NCBI GenBank assembly: GCA_964035545.1
Contig: OZ037767.1
Span: forward strand, 7,208,707 to 7,272,706
DNA: 64,000 nt
Direction: 5' to 3'
Source of the DNA: Bugula neritina
Lineage: Eukaryota; Animalia; Bryozoa
The number at the start of each line of letters is the position of its first letter. Positions within the stretch are counted from its first letter, which is position 1. Under the pieces are notes generated by a model, which was not told the origin of the DNA, made no database searches, and saw nothing but the letters and a program-made list of their open reading frames with translations. The position numbers and the translations under genes were made by a program. Positions 58,330-64,000 of the stretch are shown here, piece by piece.

Positions 58330-58641
58330 CTAGAAATTTTCAGTTATGAGCAAGTTAGCTAATTCTGATTATATCTCTTGTTTATGTAACTATAGCCATT
58401 CCTATATCAATTATTTATGCTGATAACTAAAAGATTTGCATTAAGCCAAAACTGAACACACAAACATAGCATGTAACATGGACAATATAACATAAAAAAG
58501 TATAACACATGACATACTGTATAAAATATAACATATAGCGCATATAACATACACCATGTGCCATATACTGCATATAACATATATCATATAACATAGAACA
58601 TAATGCATAATACATATAACATATACCCTACAACATCTAAC

Positions 58642-58742
58642 AGTAGTAGAGGGTGGATGGTCCTGGGACAACCCTTCCCCCGTCGAGTCTTCGACTCTCC
58701 GGTGTCAGGGATTGTCCCAGGACGCATCCACCCTCTACTACT
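58642..58742. repeat. Terminal fold-back hairpin (101 nt) at the Polinton end
   Basis: AGTAGTAGAGGGTGGATG-GTCCTGGGACAA-CCCT pairs with AGGGATTGTCCCAGGACGCATCCACCCTCTACTACT (34 bp, two bulged bases on the inner arm). The apex contains GAGTC-TTC-GACTC. Confidence 0.92.
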
Positions 58743-58830
58743 CTATTAATATTTTTATTAATTTTTTAGTATTAATTTTAAAAAATGTATTTTTTTTTTA
58801 CTATTTTTATTTTTTATTATTAGTAATAGA

Positions 58831-58867
58831 AATAAATTATTATACGCTGAGAATATAATAATTTATT
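58831..58867 (-). terminator. Perfect 14-bp AT-rich hairpin downstream of the Polinton gene cassette (candidate 3'-end/termination signal)
   Basis: AATAAATTATTATA-CGCTGAGAA-TATAATAATTTATT, about 100 nt after the last stop codon. It contains AATAAA in both orientations. Function is inferred. Confidence 0.45.
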
Positions 58868-58968
58868 ATCAATAGCGTTTAAATGTTATAACTCGAAAAT
58901 GTTGGTAAAGATTTAGTAGATTTGGTTATATTTTCATTATTTGTTGATAATATAGGTATAATAATGTT

Positions 58969-59493
58969 TTAATTAGTTATACTATTATAATAAAGTTTAA
59001 AATATACGTAGATAAAAGGTAATGCTGAGGTGGTTATTTCGCTAGTGGGAGTGTCAATTAAAATTACGTTATCGGGTTTATGACTCGGATAATCACTCGA
59101 AAGAGCTATTGTAAATGAAAAATTATTATTAGCGTTAACAATTTTATTAATATTTATTTTACTATACGGAACATTATGTTCGGCACCGCTAATAGTATAA
59201 AATAAATTTTCTTTAGATTCATCAAAAGGATTTACGCTATTACGAATATGTAAACCTATTTTTTTATCGGTCCAATATAACGCTCTTTTTTTAGCCCAAG
59301 TAAAACGGTCACCATAAAATTGTATTAACGCGTGCGTTATTTTAATTGGTTTATCTACTAAATAATCGTTAATTAAATCTACCGTAAAACTATTAATATT
59401 TTCGTAATAATAAAATCTACTGAAGCCAATAAAACCTGAAATAAATGCTTTATTAGTCGTTATATCAACTTTACTAAATTTATAGATATTCAT
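58969..59493 (-). CDS. Polinton ORFan, 174 aa (paralog of 59490-60023)
   Basis: Intact ORF with an ATGA overlap with the upstream ORF. Shares LIQFY, LYWTDK, ISGAEHNVP, HKP.N.IL.DTP.SEIT..ALPF.YV..KLYYN with its neighbour. Confidence 0.85.
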   Translation of the reverse strand: MNIYKFSKVDITTNKAFISGFIGFSRFYYYENINSFTVDLINDYLVDKPIKITHALIQFYGDRFTWAKKRALYWTDKKIGLHIRNSVNPFDESKENLFYTISGAEHNVPYSKININKIVNANNNFSFTIALSSDYPSHKPDNVILIDTPTSEITTSALPFIYVYFKLYYNSITN

Positions 59494-60023
59494 TTATAAT
59501 TATAATAAAGTTTTATTAATACGTAATGAAAAGGCAATGCCGCATCGGTTATTTCACTAGCGGGAGTATCGGTTAAAATAATGTTGCTGGGTTTATGATT
59601 AGGATAAGTTTTTGATAATGTCATTGTTAATAAAAAATTTTTATTAGCTTCAATAATTTTATTAACGTTTATTTCGCTAAACGGAACATTATGCTCAGCA
59701 CCGCTTATATCATAATAAAAAATATTTTCAACGGCTTCATCACGTTTAAATGTGTTAGCACTATCTCTAATTTCTAAGCTTACTCGTTTATCAGTCCAAT
59801 AAAGTTCTTTAGTATTATGAGCTTGTTCACGGTAAAATTGTATTAATATATTCGTTATTTCAATTGGTTCATCGACTAAAAAATCTCTAATTAATATTCC
59901 CTCAAAATTGTCAAGTCTACCATTAAATAAAAAATATGACGGAATTATAATATCCGTAATATACGGTTTTTCATTTATTATATTAGCCTTAGCCGAATTT
60001 CCAAAAATATAAACTGAACTCAT
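59490..60023 (-). CDS. Polinton ORFan, 177 aa (paralog of 58969-59493)
   Basis: Intact ORF whose ATG directly follows the protease TAA. Clear paralogy to the next ORF. Confidence 0.85.
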   Translation of the reverse strand: MSSVYIFGNSAKANIINEKPYITDIIIPSYFLFNGRLDNFEGILIRDFLVDEPIEITNILIQFYREQAHNTKELYWTDKRVSLEIRDSANTFKRDEAVENIFYYDISGAEHNVPFSEINVNKIIEANKNFLLTMTLSKTYPNHKPSNIILTDTPASEITDAALPFHYVLIKLYYNYK

Positions 60024-60425
60024 TTATATTAGTAATTTATTTATAATTAATTGAGGCGTTTCATGTTTAGACATTTTTTTAAGCCAATATAAACACAAGT
60101 GTCCGCATATAACTGTATCGAATTTTTGTACTTGTTCCGTATTATAAAATATAGGCGGTTTTAAATATTTCATTATTTCTAAAGGAGGATGTAATCCAAA
60201 ACTATCGAAATAATATTTTTTATTTCCATTTTTATACCAAGCTACCCAATGAGTACCGTTACCCATTAAATCGTCTAAATTTAATATACCACATTCTTTT
60301 TTACGTGGCTTAATGGGTAAATTATTTCTTGAGAATACTCCTCTAAAATTAGGAATTTTTAATTTTTTAATAGCAAACTCTAATTCAATATTTGATAAAG
60401 CTTTATTCTTTAACTTTATACTCAT
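60024..60425 (-). CDS. Adenain/Ulp1-like cysteine protease (Polinton PRO, capsid maturation protease)
   Basis: Catalytic motifs GTHWVA (His), YFDSFG (Asp), Q-x6-CGHLC (oxyanion Gln and Cys); FRGVFSRNNLP N-terminal motif. Confidence 0.93.
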   Translation of the reverse strand: MSIKLKNKALSNIELEFAIKKLKIPNFRGVFSRNNLPIKPRKKECGILNLDDLMGNGTHWVAWYKNGNKKYYFDSFGLHPPLEIMKYLKPPIFYNTEQVQKFDTVICGHLCLYWLKKMSKHETPQLIINKLLI

Positions 60426-63400
60426 TTATTATAACCGTAAGGAACCGTTGTTATACCGTCTTCTAGTATTATTCTTTTATCGTCTTCGGATGATAACGCC
60501 ACTTTATTTATAGTCTCAGCGTACATCGTATGCTTATGACTTCTTAAAACATTCATCATTCTAAGCTGATCTCGTCGCGTTAATAAACACTCTTTATAAT
60601 CGTTAAATGTTATACGATTATTACGAGTAATTTTATTAATACCCTTACACTTTTTTTCTTCAATTTCATCCATTTTGTAAGAGTATAATTTGGCTCTTAA
60701 TCCGACAAATTCAGTAATCTGCTTGCCACCGGCTTCATCCTTAAACTTCCCTATTACTTTTTTATTCTTATTATTTAATAATTTATGATTTTTAGGATAA
60801 TTACTCGTATCAAATTTATTTTCAATATCCGGTAATATATCCTCGTAAAAGTTTTCAGTTTTTATGTGATACATTAAGCTATCCGTATCCGTAAACAGTA
60901 ATTGAGCCTTATTACCGTATTTCGGTTTAATATACTCGTAATGGAAGTCGTACATAAGAATTTTACTAATATCCAAAATTGCCGCTCCCAAATATACGGG
61001 TTTATCAAACTTTAATTTAGTTACGTTCATATGAACCGCTACTAAATTTTCGGAAAATATAGTGAAGCTTTTAAAGTTAGGCTGATTAGTTAGCTTTTTA
61101 GCTTCGCTTTCGCTAGTAACTAACTTAATGTTAACTCTATTTCGTATATTTTCCATTGTTTTACCGAACACGGAATTGTTCATTAGCTTAAAGAAATCTT
61201 TTTCAAAATCACTCTTAGCTAAAGTTCTTAGTTCGGTATTTAATTTTATATATTTTTCTAACTTATTCGATTCGTTAAAGGTTATACCTCTATGAATCTT
61301 CGTTAACTTAATTCCGTACATAAGACATTGTTCCAACGCTTTATAGTGTATAACGTAATTCCTTTTATTATTTAAATTTGGAACTAGTTTTTCCACTTTA
61401 TTAACCGTTAATCTCTCGGGACAGAACGGATAATCTTTATGCGAGCCGTGCAACTTTTGCGAATATTCTAAATCCACTTCTAAGAAGCTAGGCGGGAAAA
61501 ATTTATTTTTCTCTAACTCTTTGCACCGCTTTTCAGTCATCCACTTAAAATTACCTACGGGCAAATTTTTGGACATAGCCCACCCGTATAAGTTATTAGC
61601 GTCCAAATAAGTGATATAACTGCTAGGTTCGCTAGCGTTATAATTTTCCATGTACTTATTATTGGCTTTAGCGTATCTATGACTGATCATACTTACACCG
61701 CCCCTAATAGCCTTTTCAAAGAAGAGTAATTGGTCAACATCGGTAATTGGGTCTAGCTCTAATTTAGTGGTTTTAAGCATAGCGTCCCAACTTAAACCCG
61801 GAGCTGTATAATACCAAACGGGATCCAATTTATAATGTTTAAGACACACGTTTCTAAAGTTTTCAAAAACGTCGGCTAGCTGTAACACGTCGACTTCCAT
61901 ATACAAGTCGTGATATTCTCTAAACGTTTTTATATTAAATTCTTTCCAAACGTTTTGAGCGTGTTCGTAATCCTCGTCCGATATATTACTCTCGGTTAGA
62001 CTCGAGTAAAATTCTTCTTTAGGCGGTAAACATTTTTCATCCAATACGTTTATATTGTTAAAATAATTGTACGGAAATACTCCTTTTCTTAATACTTAGT
62101 CTAATTGTCTCCCCTTAAAATGTTCGCTCAAGTGTTTAAAGTCGTCGCGTTTTAAATTCGCTACTAAACTCGCTAAACTAGAACTCATAAATTTATACGA
62201 GTCTAAAAAGCGAATTTCACGCGTAACTTTAACTTTTTTACCTTTATTATTGGTAAATTCGTCTACTAATAATTTTTTACTAAAAGATATATATTTTTCT
62301 TCGGTATTAGGTATACACGAAGGTTCACCGCCTAAGTTTTTAATAAACAAGTGAGCGTCGTAACCCGATAAATTATGAATAAATATTGGATAAAATTTTG
62401 GAATTTTATAATTTAAGTTGCAATGTTCGTGCGCAGCTCCTCTATAATTTTTGGTTAAGTGACAATGATCTCTTACTCTGTCATTACCCAATTTTTCTTC
62501 GCATATATGACAAATTTCAGCCAACTCGAAAGACTCTTGTTCGCTAGCCGAAATTTCCATTGGTTTAGGAAATTTATGTTTTTTATACAAGTTTTTAATG
62601 TCGAGTTCTAATAATCTCATAAATAGTTCACCAATATCTTCGTCTTCGTATTGCTTAGTATAACTTCTGTACTCGCACTCGCCGGTAACGCTCACGATAT
62701 AATATCCAAAACCCGACGGTTCGTGTTGCTGATATTGGTTAGTATAGCTTTTCTGAGAATTAGGCTGACAACTTTGTATAGGCTTAGTAAAACATTCAAA
62801 GTCCGCGTATACCGTGAATGGTACTCTCATACTACGGCAATGGTGACTAGACTGAAATTTTATTTTATTTTTTATTTTCGGAAAGACCGTAGTTACACCG
62901 TTATTTGATAAACACCAATCTTGATGCTTTTTTAAAGATTCGTTAGATCGAAACGAATTCATACAATTTACGCAAATATGTTTAGCGCTAACGCGTTTAT
63001 TTATTTGCGAACCGAGTAATTTATTTAAATTTTTAATATAAGCGTAATGACTCTTTTTGTCGTCGCTTATATAAAATAAATTTATAATTTTACCCTGATT
63101 TTTAGTTTTTTTCCATAAATTTATTGTTTTACCGTCCCACGTAAATACATTAATTCCGAAATTGGAATTAACCTCTTCAAAAGCGTCAATAGATTTTTTA
63201 GTAGCGGGAAATTCAACGCCTTCCCACAAAACTTTATTAACGTATTCTTTATAATTATTAATTCTTTCGGGATGGTTTTTAGGTGTATGAACACTCATTA
63301 AAATGGCCCACATAAAGCACTTATTATCCTCATTTTTAGGATTTATTACGGCTTTCTTTAATTTAATTTCTTTCGGAAGATCAATCCACGATGATCCGTT

Positions 63401-64000
63401 AAGAGGTTGATATTTATTAATATTAATTTCCATTTTTTTAATGGCTTTAAACATCCAGCTACTTCCTTTCGCGTTTAACGAAGCAAAATTTTCTTTTATA
63501 CGTTCAATTATTTCATCGTATATTTCATTAATATTCGTAGATTCTAATATAGTTTCAATATTTGATGTAAATGGCATAATTTCTACAATAGTTTCTCCGG
63601 TACGTACATTAATTTTTTCCATTTCGCAATACATAAATATTTTAACTTTTATAGTAGGTTTTAATAATTCTATTACATTTAATTTTACTAGTTTACTAAA
63701 TGAATTTATATCGTATTTGGGTAAACCCTTAATTTCATAAGTTTGAAACCAACCTTTAGCGGCTTGTTCTTTAAGCTTAGGCTGATTATATAAAGCCATA
63801 ATTTTATCCTTAATTGGATTTACAATTTTTGCAATTGGCTTTACAATACCCTTAACCCATTTTTTTATATTACGCGTAGTTTGTGTAAATATTTCTCGCA
63901 TAATTTTTTTTGCGGGTGTAGGTATTAACGGGGCTTGTCCTATATTCGGAACGGGTTCGTCCATAGGCGATAATAGCCGTATAAGTTCGGCTTTTCCTAA
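60422..64000 (-). pseudogene. polB: Protein-primed family B DNA polymerase (pPolB) with N-terminal TP/vOTU, C2HC finger and EndoVII-like insert; interrupted by one in-frame TAA at 62096-62098; N-terminus beyond the window
   Basis: ORFs 62096-63964 and 60422-62044 are in the same frame, joined by LD*VLRKGVFPYNYF. Exo I VYADFEC, Exo II HNLSGYDAHL, Exo III YMEVDVLQLADVFENFR; Pol A YLDANNLYGWAM, Pol B KLMNNSVFGKTMEN, Pol C FTDTDSL. The frame stays open to 64000 (LGKAELIRLLSPMDEPVP). Confidence 0.9.

Larger units (their letters stand above)
58642..64000 (-). mobile_element. Polinton/Maverick (adintovirus-like) endogenous element, one terminus; continues past the window end
   Basis: The terminus begins 5'-AGTAGTAG, typical of Polinton TIR ends. 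Sharp switch to intronless, densely packed AT-rich, CpG-rich ORFs encoding pPolB and an adenain-type protease. Predicted 6-bp TSD is TCTAAC (58636-58641), not verifiable without the other end. Confidence 0.93.

Noticed and set aside
58642-58742. Stand-alone MITE interpretation of the terminal palindrome
   Set aside because: The flanks TCTAAC and CTATTA are not a target duplication, and it starts with the Polinton-type AGTAGT exactly at the host/element compositional boundary. Not fully excluded without the other end.
58879-62098. Idea that the element recodes TAA as sense (internal TAA in pPolB, protease TAA in frame with the next ATG, open frame after the ORF174 TAA, while two other genes end in TGA)
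   Set aside because: Only one internal TAA occurs in about 1,190 AT-rich pPolB codons, at a position expecting Leu (TTA). A reassigned codon would appear many times, and the protease ends at its normal length.
60422-63964. Two separate polymerase genes as listed in the ORF track
   Set aside because: They are in the same frame with the conserved RKGVFPY motif in the gap, so this is one gene with a nonsense codon.
58969-64000. Bacterial or phage operon, or contamination, suggested by ATGA overlaps
   Set aside because: The gene set (pPolB with vOTU, adenain protease) is Polinton-type, there are no Shine-Dalgarno motifs, and it joins host intron sequence at an AGTAGT terminus.

Overview
This is AT-rich, intron-rich animal (invertebrate) genomic DNA, not prokaryotic. 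From left to right it holds four host genes. (1) The 3' 18 exons (1-17065, +) of a giant multi-zinc-finger protein, with over 2,970 codons in the window. It has seven unusual C-x2-H...C-x2-C repeats, six copies of a C2H2-C2H2-C2HC triple-finger module and an R/S/H/D-rich tail. (2) A complete 9-exon mitochondrial AAA chaperone BCS1 gene (20322-30677, +, about 421 aa). (3) A complete 19-exon glycoprotein-hormone-receptor-type LGR (36481-57055, +, about 980 aa). (4) The last exon of an unidentified convergent host gene (57892-58329, -). From 58642 to the window end lies one end of a Polinton/Maverick (adintovirus-like) element, apparently inserted in an intron of gene 4. It encodes a protein-primed PolB (vOTU, zinc finger and endonuclease-VII-like inserts, one in-frame TAA), an adenain-like protease and two tandem paralogous ORFans. 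The most unusual signals are in this element. Its AGTAGT terminus folds back into a 101-nt GC-rich imperfect hairpin with unpaired bases. Its three downstream genes all start in TAAATG with overlapping or abutting stop/start codons. A perfect 14-bp AT hairpin follows the cassette. Introns carry tRNA-derived SINEs, Harbinger-like and MULE-like MITEs, and many micro- and minisatellites. All gene models were assembled by hand from GT-AG sites and frame continuity; no database searches were run.
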